NCBI GenBank assembly: GCA_030295235.1
Contig: AP026167.1
Location: 186,001-250,000, forward strand
Direction of reading: 5' to 3'
Length of the DNA stretch: 64,000 nucleotides
DNA from: Fistulifera solaris
Taxonomy: Eukaryota
A model generated the notes under the pieces. The model made no database searches. It was not told where the DNA came from and saw only the letters and a program-made list of their open reading frames with translations. Positions 13,515 through 25,869 of this stretch are shown in pieces; the stretch's first letter is position 1; every line of letters starts with the position of its first letter. The position numbers and the translations under genes were made by a program.

Positions 13515-13714
13515 ATGGCGATAATATAAGCTGATATTACGTAGTAATTTATTGATTAGTCGCTAATTGGAAAAGACGAATATGGCTTACTCTCAAATGA
13601 CATTGTATCTAGGGTGACCGAGTTGGTGCGTGGTGCACGTGTTTTCGAGGAGGAGAGATTTGTCTACAGATGATCATGTATTGCGTGAAATCTCATTCCG
13701 GGAAATCATGCCAA

Positions 13715-16180
13715 TCTTCGCTGTCGAACTATCATCTCGTTTGAAATGAAGGACGGCCATAATCCCATTTACAATCAGTGTTAAAAAATTAGCAGGACGA
13801 AGGACTACGCCAGCTTGCAGCAACAATAACTATTGAGTCACTACGTAAACAAGGTCACAAAATTTCAAGCGAAATTCAATTATCATTAACTAGAAGTTAC
13901 GTAACAGCAAAATGAGAACATAAACACAAACGACTACATTCTCAGAAATCTCCCAACAATAAACACTCGTGCACAAATACAAATGGACACACGAACCTAG
14001 GTAGGTCGAAATCACATTTAACGGATGACAAAACGAGATCCAAACGATGGAGAAACACAAACGCCACTACCACCGTGGACGAGATCGAATTGGAGACGCA
14101 TCAACTTTCCAAATGCACAACATCTCATCTGACCCCAAGGAAGCGAGCTTGCAACCATTGGGGCTCATATCCAGTGTCAAGATGCGGCCTTTGTGCATAG
14201 ACAAGCACTGGATCTGCTCCATCTTTGGGTAGCTCCACGCAACGACCACATTGTTTGGGCTTGAGGTCGAAAAGCCATGGCTGGAATACAACTCCTGATG
14301 ATGCCGGCCCCAGATCAAAGAAGAAACTTGACTATTGGTAGATCGCTCTTCAGCATTTTCCCAGAAGTAGTACTCCAGAGCTTGATGCAGCCATCTGTAG
14401 TTCCGCCGCCAGTCAGCGAGCATATCGCTTTGATAAGGACACCAGGCCCGACGATGCCGCTGGTCCAGACACGGTCATCCCCGTGACGGAGCTGAGAGCG
14501 CAAGTCCAAATTCACAATGTCACTGTTCGCGCATCCAGCCGTCAACCAGTTTCAGCGAATCGTTCCAGCAGAGGGCGCACTGGGCTTCTTGCCGAGGTCA
14601 AGGAAGGGTTGACAACTTCTTTGTTGCTGATCGTGTCGTACACGCGTACCATGCCTGAACTTCGTTCCTACTGCCAGCAGGTGCGTCAGACCGTCCATTG
14701 TGCACCACTTGACAGATCGAGCGTAATTGGAGGTCTCGTTTTCGTCAAGAGATGTGATACCGCAATCTCATGCACGGCACGAGTAGACTCGTTCATGACG
14801 CATTACAGACGATCCCAGAGCCACAGCAAACAAATTGTCCTTACTCCAGCTGAGTGGATGGGTATAGTAATCATTCATAATATCCGGTGCATCATGAACA
14901 ACTTCAGGACGGGAATGGATAACACGAAGCGGCGGTTACATTGACCTTTTGGGCCGTCAAGGTCGGGGGGAGCACGCAAGAAGTCCATTCGCGAAGGGTC
15001 CGCAGCAACGATGGGACGACGATTACTTGTCATGGAAGGGGAAACAGAGCCGTACTTCAAAAGAGACTTCAATTGAAGCTCGTCATCAAGATCGCTTCGT
15101 CGAAACATTGCACAACGTGCTCAGCAATTGCTTCTCGTGCGACGAGTTTTGTCGAACGAGCTGCGGAAGGAGGACGGGCGCAAGCAACACTGGACAATGA
15201 TTCACACGGCTTGGAAGCAGAATTCAGCTTTCGGCGACACAAATCCATATTCATGCGACGACGAGACGGAATGAAACGATCCTGATCGTCACGAGGGGCA
15301 ATTCAGCGGTGTCAACAAATGAAGACGACGGGCAGTCGAACGCATGCGAGGGACTGGAGTTCTAATCATCTGTGGAGTGCCAGGTGCGACAGTCTGCGCC
15401 AAGTCGCGGCATCCAAGACGATTAGGAGTTGATACATGATTGGCGCGAATGCATATCAGAGGATAGAACGTTGTTTTGAGAGCAAGAAGACACCATGGTG
15501 TGATTTTTTTGGTTCAAAGCAAAAATTGTGCGGATAAGGCTTGCTGCGGTACAAAATTGTACGAGACAAATACGCTAAGTAGCGAGTTGTACAGAGAACC
15601 ACGTAGGTTAGAATGTACAATACAGACTGTATTATATCGTACCGGAATCGTACGGCAGTTGTATATTTTCATTGCTCTCGCAAAAATATCCGCATTGAGA
15701 TCAGTTTCAAGCGCATTTGAAGTCTTCAGGTCTTCGATTTGTTGTAAATGAAGCAACAACTCACTCTTGATCTAGATTCTGGTGCTTTGTAGGTACTGCG
15801 ATGCCTGATGATTCATCGTATATTTTGTCAAACGTGAGCAGCAAGCACTGGAGTAAAATGGCATCATCATCGTCAACCGACGCGATCGATGTGATGCTTC
15901 TCTATTTGAAGTTGCTGTAGCTCATGACCTCTAGCTATAACATATTTGACTGTCTGAAGGAAGGAATGTTGTATGAAATCGATGGGAGCGCCTCCTTGCT
16001 AGCTGTTTGTGGTTTTGGAGAGAAGGGAGAAATTTCACTTCGGCTCGGCAAAGATCACGTGCATGTTGTTTCTCCACCCATTCTTGCCGTTCATTTACTC
16101 AACTAACTATTGACGATTATAAACCACAAAATAGTAAAGTAAATTGTTTTACGGAAAACGAATCTAACTCTCTTAAAATA
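13715..16180. repeat. Segmental duplication A, copy 1 (direct repeat of about 25870-28550)
   Basis: Near-identical sequence from about 13960 to 16050, with more diverged but alignable flanks (e.g. gaaggactacgccag at 13799 and 25954; aaaacgaatcta at 16155 and 28527). Confidence 0.92.
14018..15496 (-). pseudogene. CDC20: CDC20/Fizzy-like APC/C activator, copy 1; about 157 bp internal deletion and many frameshifts
   Basis: C-box DRFIPSR (15281-15261), DAPDIMNDYY, GGGTTDGCIKLW, QVSSLIW, HKGRILTLDMSPNG, and C-terminal ...SRFVIR* IR tail (stop 14020-14018). Lacks the sequence at 26652-26808 of copy 2. Confidence 0.85.
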
Positions 16181-16518
16181 TAAGTATGGCGAGAATAAGA
16201 TGGATGCAAGGCGGTTCCATTCAACAATATTCAGCAAAGCATTTTGCTTGTACTTATGAGCAAAGCGGACGAAAACAAACGCGTTTCAAAGCGCCACAAG
16301 AGCACAACACAACATACATAACACAGCACAACACAAACGATTCGCCACTGGGTGGGCATCTCTGCAAAAGTCTTGGATGTGGATGTTGATGCAAAGTTGC
16401 AGCGGTTGCAATTGAACTGCCCAGCTGAACCAAACACCAAAGACCCGCACGCCAAGGCGATTTGGGAAATTCTCAGCTGTGGGCGGAAGACGAAGTCGGT
16501 TCCGAACATGTGCGACTC

Positions 16519-17363
16519 TTACGACTGTGCTGCACGACGATGGCGACGACGGAGACGCCGCTTCCACGGCTTGGATAGCTTTCGCGGCCATGTTAGGGTG
16601 AAACCGGCCCTCTGCAATAGCGCTGTGCCAATCAGCAGTGTACTTTTTCAAGTAAGCCAAGTACTCCTCGCGCGAGCAACCGGCCATGGGAGTGTCGACG
16701 GAAGATGTCCAAAAACATTAAACACGTGAAAGCACAACTGTGCTGGATGGGTCAATTCTCCAAGATGAGTGCGAAAGAATTCATCTTCTTCCACCACATT
16801 ATCCAGACAGAACCGACTGCACTCAAACTCACGCTCCACGAACCTCTTATCACCCTCCACGTTCAATGTCCGTGCGTCGCGGTACATGTGGTCCTTCTCC
16901 TCCTTCGTCAATGAGTAACGATTGGGGATCTCCTTCACACCCGTCATAATCTGTGGTGCAAAAGTGACACTACGAGAATGAGAACAAGGATAACTTCGTC
17001 GTGTCTGCGTCAGAGCCCGCAACAACAGCCGACAGAGGCGAGCGGTGGAAACCAGCGGTGCTTGCGGACGCCAAGCATTTCGATGTTTCACACGCAATAT
17101 CGACACCGGCTTCTTGCTCGACGGACATACTTCATCCGCCTCCTCAATAAGTGACGGAGCAAACTCAGAAAGGTTATCAGGTCGCACTCTGTTCGCAAAG
17201 AAATCATCACAATCAACCAAAGGATCGTTACTTTGACTCGGGCCGAAGGCGGTTGATATGCCGCCGAAAACGATTGCTCGGGGCTTGTCGTTCGCTGCTT
17301 GCACGACGAATCTTCATGACTTTGGGGACTCAGAGAAGAGATAGAACGCTCTGAATTTCGCAT
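16519..17363 (-). CDS. Uncharacterised family-X protein, copy 2 (SILK + RVxF motifs), frameshifted
   Basis: Start MRNSERSISSLSPQ at 17363; KPVSILRVKHRNAWRPQAP, RSVTFAPQIMTGVKEIP, EEDEFFRTHLGELTHPA; basic C-terminal tail KRRLRRRHRRAAQS* after a frame change. Confidence 0.65.
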
Positions 17364-17833
17364 TTTGTTTGTTTTGAGATTATAATCAGCAATCACGGTG
17401 TTTTATGTGTCAAAAAATGCGAGGCTGCTTAATGGTAATATTCCTTACGGATCGTGGACAGACGATGTGGTTAAGGTCGGAGCGGCTTTAAAGTACCAGG
17501 TACCGGTGCGGTACTGGGTACATAACGTTCAAATAATAATATTAGCCTAATAGGCCTAATACGTAAAAATAATAATAATCCAGACCCATCCTTTGTTAAA
17601 ATACTAACGTACTGTGGAATCAAACCACAGAGCCATCCCAATCACGTCGTATTTCTACCTGGTACCCCGATCCATGATATATAAGCCACTCTGATTGACG
17701 TCCAGACCCTCAATCTGACAATCCTTTTCATTGATCTTATGATCTCTACCAGTAGAGCAATAATAATACAATAAACGAACCGCATCGCTGTTCACCTTCT
17801 CCTTGCAGTACTTTTGCACATATTTACACAATC

Positions 17834-18443
17834 ATGAAACAAGACGACACTGCCAGCAATCTCAAAAATAATCTCGGAAAGCTACCACCGCCATTGTTTG
17901 GTGAAGACGACTGTGATCGACCAGCCTGTCACGACATGATGTCGCAAATGAAGAAGGCTTCTCAAGCAAGTCAAGAGAAGAAAGCGGTAGAATGCCCACC
18001 CAACAGCGGTGTTCTGGGTCGAGCTTCGTGGACTTTGCTGCATACAATGGTACGAACGAAAATTGCACGGACTTTCCGTTTTGTAAACGAGGAGCGACCC
18101 GCCTCATTTTAGATTTATCTCTGCGCTTGATCTATCACAGGCCGTTTGGTATCCGGATCGACCGACTGGGGAAGATCAACAACACATGAAAAGTTTCATG
18201 AGTGCACTGGCACGATTTTATCCCTGTACGTGGTGTGCTCGCGATTTTCAAGCTAATTTAGAAGAGAGTCCTGTCCCCACCTCGAGTAGGAAAGAGTTGT
18301 GTCAGTGGATGTGTGAGCAACACAACTTAGTTAATGAGAAACTGGGGAAACCCGTATTTGATTGTGATTTAAAGAATCTTGACAAGCGGTGGAGAAAGAA
18401 TACGCAGGATCCCGAATGTAAGACCAGTGGATTGCCACATTGA
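17834..18443 (+). CDS. ERV1: Erv1/ALR FAD-linked sulfhydryl oxidase; intron 18050-18140
   Basis: CPP...LGRASWTLLHTM|AVWYPDRP, redox motif YPCTWC, and structural WMCEQHNLVNEKLGKPVFDC. Confidence 0.95.
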
Positions 18444-18564
18444 TAAGGGAGAACGTCTACTTGATAGAAACACTAGAGAGGGATTTTAAACCAATAAAAT
18501 ATGAAAGGGCTAGTTTTGGGAACTTATAACAATAATTTACACGCTTGGTTGAACCGATTTGTTT

Positions 18565-19483
18565 CTAATGCGGAACTAAATTTCGTGGCGTTCCCCATTC
18601 AATTGGATCGTCTACTGACATTGGCGTTTCCTTGGATTCGCTAATCCATTCCCAGCGGTCCCACATGAGAGCTCCTATCATATCGTAATTTATGAATGAG
18701 TGAGTTGCACAAGGAATGAGGAGGAATATGAAGTTGGTGACCAATGAATCACTACGCACCTGGTGTACCCGCCATGTATTCGAGACGGTCGGGACGAAAT
18801 CGGAACGCTTGCACACATTCTTCCATTTCCTCCATCGAAATACGATCATTTTCCAAGTCTTGTCGCGTTTGTTGCAAGATTTGAGTCCAATGCGCTTTGA
18901 CCCCTGTTCCTTGACGGGCATCCGGGGCGTTACCCGATTCTGCCGCCCAACGACGCGAAGCCATCATACCCGTCAACGAAAAGACCGGTAACTCTTCTTG
19001 CAAGTCGGCTAGTGGAATCGGAACACAAAAACCTTCCCCACGATATTGCTCGGCCGATTCTCCGGGTACGAAACGTCCTTGGGTGTGCAACAACGAAACT
19101 GGTGTCGATTCTAGAAGCTTTTGCGCCGTTGCGCCACCTGCCTTGAAAATCATATCGAATCCGGCGGGTGATACTCGTAGAATATGAACGGTGCGCAAAT
19201 TAGGAGCTTTATTCTCCTGACGAATCGAATAGGAGCGTTTCAGATCATAATCCTTCACGACGAAATAAAATGCACACCCTCACGATAAACTCACCATCGG
19301 CACCGCCACTGCACACACCCAATGAGCATCATTCAATCGGTATCCTTGTTCATCACACAATTTTCGTCCGCAACATTCTTGACGAAGAATTTCTAATGGA
19401 TTCGATCCGGGCGATTTCGTCGCGACGGAGCGCCGACCAAAGACAGCAGTCGTCCTGAAGAGTCCTCGTGTCACCCGTATCAT
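18565..19483 (-). CDS. Pyridoxamine 5'-phosphate oxidase-like FMN-binding split-barrel protein; likely mitochondrial presequence; introns near 19294-19217 and 18760-18680
   Basis: PNLRTVHILRV, QYRGEG, AFRFRPDRLEY, WDRWEW and terminal RNLVP resemble PNPOx motifs; Arg-rich N-terminus MIRVTRGLFRTTAVFGRR. Confidence 0.6.
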
Positions 19484-20039
19484 CGTGTCGGAATGCGGTT
19501 AATTCTCTAATGATTGACCTACAAAAGTAGCTGACTTGTTTCGACAACTTTAATTCTGCAAAAATATTTTTAACAATGAGAACTACTTGATCTCTTGATT
19601 ATATCTGACTTCGTCGTGATGGGATTTTTGACGACGATCGCATCGATCGTCGTGTTTTGTGTTTGTGATGACAGCTTCGCATTTTTCCTTATTTTCCGCG
19701 GTTTTTATAGCGATTTTGTGACTCAACGACACGTGACGGACAGAAATCCTGGGTACGCAGTACAGTATTGGACAAATAATAAAGATTGAACGAGGCAATG
19801 CTCGTCGCTCGTCGCTCCAAAATATACACTGAGAGGCGTGCGCGACGCAGCGATGCAAAAGTTTTGTTATCATTTATTTGCATTACTTATCATAATTGAC
19901 AATTCCCCTTCCCGGGATTGTTATACCATAGCATTGCATTCAACATTAAAGCTTAGGCGCCAGCGTCAAGAGTTTACCATATCCTATTTTCTGGCCGTCA
20001 TTCCTCTACTTTTTAAATTTTCCGAGAATTCTTGTTTCG

Positions 20040-21265
20040 TGCAAATGGAAGCTACGCCATTTTCTTTTCCAAGATGGTGGAACAGCGTTTATTGATGATC
20101 TTGAGAGACAACAATCTTCCTTTGGTTCGTTTCCAGGGAAATAGAAAGCGATGAAAGTGCCCTTTAGTACTGTCAATCTTGAACGTCTCTTTAAGTGGGG
20201 GCATCTGACGCGAGAAGTTACGATTGAGTCAGGAACGTGGAGCGGGGAGCGGTCCATCATTTTGGCTTCTTGTCCTTATTATTTGAAATTGAAACTTTGC
20301 AAACTCTGTTATCCTTCTGATGGATTTGGTTTGGAAGACGACGGCATAACTTTCGTCATAACCCTTGCAAAATCCTCTTGTTCCTTAAACATTGATTGAT
20401 ACCACACGAAAGTCATTTAACCCCGCTACCCCGCAAAAGGTCTTCAAACTGGATCTGTTCAAGAGTTTGTCAGTCTTTATCTTGGAAGAGACCTTGTTTT
20501 TCTTCCATTCTCTAACAAGGCTAAATCTCTATTATGCGGGTTTTGCGAAACATGTTGAGCCGGAAGATTTCTTTTCTCTTGACCTTGTTGCGAAAAAACT
20601 TGGTTTTACTATTGCGACTGGTGAGGGCTGGTGCAAGGTGATGATTGCCTTTTCAGATCGATTACCCCTGTTAAGCCACTTGGAAAAGCTTATAGTGAGT
20701 ACGACAACATACTGGCTGGTTGTCGAAGCCCTGATACGAGCAATAAACGCGAATTCAAATTTGGAGCGACTGTGCTAATCGCTGGGAATAGGACCTCTTT
20801 CTACCAAAGATTTTCGACGCTGTGGCAAAACACAGAGGGATACGTTTGTTCCACGTTGAGAGAATACTCTTACCGGGACATTCTCACGCAGTTACTTTGG
20901 CGCAAGCACAGCATCAAGGTTTCTTCTTGTTTTGGAAATTGCTCCGACTAAAGCATCGCCATGCTTTACAGGCTGAATCGTTTGCACAATGGATGACAAA
21001 AATTATCAGAGTACTCATCCGTGCGGCCGTTGCTGGTGGCAACAGCATTGGTCAATGGTTGGTCGATAGTTCTGCTGGTAATTTTCAACGCAGCGACTTG
21101 TTATTGTCCATTTACGTGGACACGTTGTGCGAGCTCCTACAAGCTCTGACGGAAAAAGAATCGACTGATGCTCAACAATTCGCGTCAAAGGCGACGGCAT
21201 TTCCTGCTTCGAGTCGAGAGATGGATCAGAATACGCCCTCAAACGTAGCTCCAGACATGTTTTGA
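20040..21265 (+). pseudogene. Degenerate LRR/RNI-like diatom family gene, copy 1 (5' part missing or unrecognisable)
   Basis: FQDGGTAFIDDLERQQSSFGS near 20070-20130 matches DDEGASIDALERRQSSFGS at 24882. The C-terminal GNFQRSDLLLSIYVDTLCELL matches NFQRTDVSLFFHVDTLCELI at 30.2 kb. Multiple broken frames. Confidence 0.6.
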
Positions 21266-21613
21266 TGAGTTCCACCTTAAAGGATGGATTTGGAGAAGTA
21301 ATGCATCATCGATTAATGCATTTCAAATGATCATAACTATCGCTGACTAGTTTATTCGAGAGAAATACATTAAAGCAAAAATCATAGGCGTTTGACCATA
21401 ACAAAGCTCCTTATCATGAAAGGTATGTCATCGGGTCGAAGGTTGGTTGCGACGCTTTGTAGCTCTATCAGCTGAATGATGACACCCTGCACCGGGACTA
21501 CTTCAAAAAAGCATGGTCTTTCTAGCTGACATTGCGATCGTCTTTGTAGTACTTTCAGTCAATCTTACTGTTTTTCAAAACAGTTAAGACCCAAAAAAGC
21601 TTGTCACTCCGTT

Positions 21614-22413
21614 CTAAAACACGGACTCCGGTTCTACAAAGAAAACACGGCTTAACGATTTATACGCTAGCCAATCGGCTACAATGTTCCATATTCTTTT
21701 GTCTGACGGAATGGAATGTCCTCCCGGATGGTGCAACTGAGTCGTCTTGCAGCCACGACGATTCAAAGCTTCTTCCACCTGCGAAGCTTGCTCCGGTGGG
21801 TTGATCCGGTCTTGAACACCGATAATCTGTAGGACCTCCAGATTCCCCCAGTCTTTATCAGGAGAACCAGAAGGAACTGAGGAAAGCAACTGCTCGGAAA
21901 AGGATTGGGCCAGGCCACTCCATTTAGAATAAGACGTCGCATCGACGAAGTCGCCAACTGATTGTTTGCCAGCATGGCCACTAACAGGATGGCGCCTTGT
22001 GAGTGCCCGAAGACGACATCAAATTTCCTTTTCTGCAATGTTTGTGTTACTAATGCGGCACTTTCCTCATAACCCGGATAGGTATTTGCCGTAAATGAGC
22101 GTTCTCCTGTTTTCAGTTGCCACCATGCATATCCGGCGCCTTTGCTGAAAGGAGCTTGAATTGTCGTTATCTCACAGTTGATGTGTCGCAAATGTCCTTC
22201 TAGCAATGTTTGTAAGGATGCAGCTCTTCCCTCACTGCCATGTAACGCCAAGATACGGAGAGGTAATTCCGTGTCGTCGGCATTCTTCATCATCATCGCT
22301 CCGAGTTGAGAAGCAGTGCCCCGATAACTCGTGTAAATCGGCGTGTGTCGAGTGAATCCAAGAGCTACGGACCAAAACCTGCATGTACGAAGTAGCATGA
22401 TCCAAATACGCAT
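21614..22413 (-). CDS. FSH1/OVCA2-family serine hydrolase with signal-peptide-like N-terminus; one frameshift near 21890
   Basis: LRILALHG, YAWW, nucleophile GHSQG, IIGVQDRI (Asp) and HPGGHSIP (His). Likely start MRIWIMLL...VALG-F at 22413. Confidence 0.85.
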
Positions 22414-22471
22414 CTTTCGTTGAAAAAAGAAGAAAGCTGTTTGATTGACTTTCTTCATCTTCGGTCGATCG

Positions 22472-23765
22472 TCGAAACACAACAGGCGTGCCCATGAAGT
22501 CGTCCCGGTTTCAAATCCTCTATGTCTTAAAGCCCGCTCCGACTTTAGCAAAATCCTCTAATGCGTCTGTCCACGGTCCGGCAGCAGCAGCAAGCAGCCG
22601 CAGCAAGTTTTGACACACCGTTATTGCTGATTATAATCACTATTCTCATCTAAAAACAAACAAAATGCGAGTTTCAAAGCGTTCTATCTCTTCTTTGACG
22701 CCTCAGAATAATGAAGAGCCGTCGCGCAAGCGCAGCGGACGAAAAAGCCCTGAGAGATCGATTTCGTTGGCAGATCAGCCAGCGCATCCGCCCGAGTCAA
22801 GATTATGATCTGTTGTTTGATTTTGACGACTTCTTCGAACGTTGAGTCAAAGGACGATCTTTCTTCGTTCCTTTTCTTGACTTCTGAGGAGATAAAGTCG
22901 TTGGGAGAACTGATGCCCATGACCTCGTTGCAGGAGTCGTATCAGTCTGATGTCAAGTTGAAGGAGGGCAGCCCGCTCGACTCCACCGCGGCCTTTGCCG
23001 AATCAATGCGACCTGATGACCTTTCTGAGTCTCCTCCGTCACTGATTGAGGAGACGGACAAAGTGCGCCCGTCGAGCGAAAAGCCGGTGTCGATACTGCG
23101 TGTGAAACATCGACATGCTTGGCGTCCGCAAGCACCGCTGGTTTCCACAACGCCTTTGTCGAATGTTGCGGAGGGCTCTGATGCAAGAATGACGAGTCAT
23201 CTTTTGATTTTTCTCGTAGAGGAGTCCGCTTTGCACCGCGAGATTGTGGCGGGTGTGAAGGAGATTCCCAATCGCTTGTCCTGGACAAAAGAAGAGAAGG
23301 AAAGCATGCATTCCGACGGACGGACATTGAAGGTGGAAGGTGATAAGAGGTTCGTGGAGCGTGAGTTCGAATGCAGTCGGTTCTGTTTGGATAATGTCGT
23401 GGAAGAGGATGAGTTCTTTTGTGATCATCTTGGAGAAATGGTCCATCCAGCATATTTTCACTCTTATGTGTACGATGTTGTTCCCTTTCTTGCTTCCGAC
23501 CCTCATCCTGGGATCTTCACGCGCTGAATTCCGAAAGTCTATGATGCATTACTGCCAATTTTATGACAACGCTGTTCTGGAAAAGCGCTTCCACCCCAAG
23601 GAGGCAGAAAAAGCAATGCAAGTTGTGGCATTGAAGCGTCGTCGTTGCCGTCGTCGTACATCGCGATTGTAGCTGCTGTGTGTGTTGCTTTGATTCCGAG
23701 ACTTTTAGCACTGCTGACAGAGACATCCGATCCATGCGTATATTATGCACTTGAAAGTGCATCGT
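22472..23765. repeat. Segmental duplication B, copy 1 (direct repeat of about 30369-31665)
   Basis: Near-identical from tcgaaacacaac to ttgaaagtgcatcgt, with few substitutions or indels. Confidence 0.95.
22665..23672 (+). CDS. Uncharacterised family-X protein, copy 3, frameshifted
   Basis: ATG at 22665 (MRVSKRSISSLTPQ), homologous to the copy 2 start and 5' UTR; KPVSILRVK, RGVRFAP (shifted frame), VKEIP, EEDEFFCDHLGEMVHPAYF, and KRRRCRRRTSRL*. Confidence 0.65.
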
Positions 23766-24251
23766 CGTTTCTATGTTGTTACTTGCCTCATTCCGTATTG
23801 ATTGCTTCTTCCATTGTTTCTTCTTCCATTACGTAGAGCTACCTGCTTGGAGTATTCTGCTTATCGATTCATTGTTAATAATTCAATAAAGTATTAGAAT
23901 ATCGTTAGCGTTTCACTTAAGTCCTTTTTTTATTATGAACGACAAGCCTGTCGATTTGACTCAACAGCAGTATGTGCCACGTAGCACGTAGCGGCATCCA
24001 GGAAAGCTTACACAACAGTTCTTTCTCGCCAGTCCTTTTGGAAGCCTGCTGCTATGGTTGGCGTTTGCTTGCAGAGCTAAACATGCGACCACTACAAGTC
24101 GTCTTGAATCTATGACCTTGGCAGCGACGCAGCAATATAGCTGATCGCAAACGATTTCTTGGTATTACTATAGTTTTTTCGCCTCTACCAGGTACCGGTA
24201 AGATTTCACCAAGCTAGAACGCGAGAGTGCGGCGCCACACGATGAGATCGA

Positions 24252-25690
24252 ATGAATACTTTTAAATGGCCCAAAGAAAGCAGTCGAAATGAAGAAACAA
24301 AAGAGAATGAACAATTTGCTGGAACTGATTCCAAAGGGACAATTGTTGTCGAGGCAGAAGTCATTCCGACGGTTTTACCCGATCCTATTTGCCATGTATT
24401 ATTAGCGACGACAGCCAAGTCGCCTCGGCGAGTTTGATTGGAAGGACAAACCCACAGTTGGCGTGATGATGGCACTATAATTTGCGTGAACATTCCTGAT
24501 TGTTGGCGGTATGACGAGCGAAACTTATACTTTGCGCTGGAGGGCAAACACGACCTATTTGTAGGATTTATGGAAAGACGGATACCGCTATTGCCGAAAC
24601 CGCCCACGTTTTTCTGGTCTTTGAAGCACTCGGGTGGATCCAACACAGTGCTTCGAGTCGAGGAGATTCATATTCATGATGAAACGTCCAACTTTAGTTT
24701 TGCTGTTATGGAAGGAGAGCAGCTCGCTCAGATACTCGGTTCAAATCCAACGCAAAAATACGAATTTCGGACACGTATATTTAATGAAGAGCAGGCTGTC
24801 GTCCTGGCAACGAGATCCTATCCTTTGAGGCTTTCTCTAAGCTAGGGTTATGACAATGAAACGAGAGATGCTTTTACTTTTTTGGATGATGAGGGAGCAT
24901 CTATCGATGCTCTTGAAAGACGGCAATCTTCTTTTGGTTCGTGTGGTATTTCTTTTATCATGCCCAAGATACGTCACCAGCGCCGTTCTCTTCCAACGAA
25001 TACGCGACGCTTACTCAAGCTTGTGATATTTGAAAGTCTTTCAACTTATATAAGGGTCGATGAAGTGGATTGCATTTCTTCTCCCATTTTCAGTAAAGGT
25101 GAATACTCGCGATTATCGGAATTTTAGTGGGATTTCTTGGGCCAGATGATTTCCATTGTCTCGATATTGCCACGAAAGACCTCCGCTTCAGAGTCTATAC
25201 TGATGATGATTACTTGGATGAGCTATTGGTGTCTTTCGTAAATCACGTGGCTGAGTTGGGCCATTTCGAGCGTCTATGCTTCTCCACTAATTCACGTCGA
25301 TGAGAGTTATGACGGAGACGAAGCTATAGAAATAGCCGGGCGTGGCAGAAGCTTTGATTGGTGCCATTGTAGTCAATCCAAACCTGTCGCACTTGGATTT
25401 GAGTGACCGTCTTCGGCACGGGGATTGGAGCCCCATGTTCGGGTATACTTAAGGTTGTGGAAGAGCATCCGTGGCTACGCATTACACTTATCTTACTGGA
25501 CTATTCACCGGAACAACCCTCAGATGAGGAGACCGTGTGACTGATGACGATGATAGTTACTCAGAACAATCATTCCGATTAGACTATACGTTGCTAGAGC
25601 AGTTGCTCTGTTGCAACCGGAAGATCACCATCTATGATCAGTCAGGGGAGTTTGTTTCGAATGATTGCAAGAATAAAGCCATCTTCTGTG
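24252..25690 (+). pseudogene. Degenerate LRR/RNI-like diatom family gene, copy 2
   Basis: WRDDGTIICV, FFWSLK, EQAVVLATRSYPLRLSL, LERRQSSFGS; later fragments NPNLSHLDL and EQLLCCNRKITIYDQSG. Multiple stops and shifts. Confidence 0.6.
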
Positions 25691-25869
25691 GCTTATGACA
25701 TGGTTGAAGATTTTGTTATTACGTACAGGTACCTCCTAGTGTATTTCACGACCTGAAAATACTAAATCACGATTTGATAAAGTAATGCTTGTTTAGCATG
25801 AACATATAAATGGCAAGCCATCTAGATTCATGTGTCTAGTGCCACTGCAATCCGAGCAATAATGCTGAA

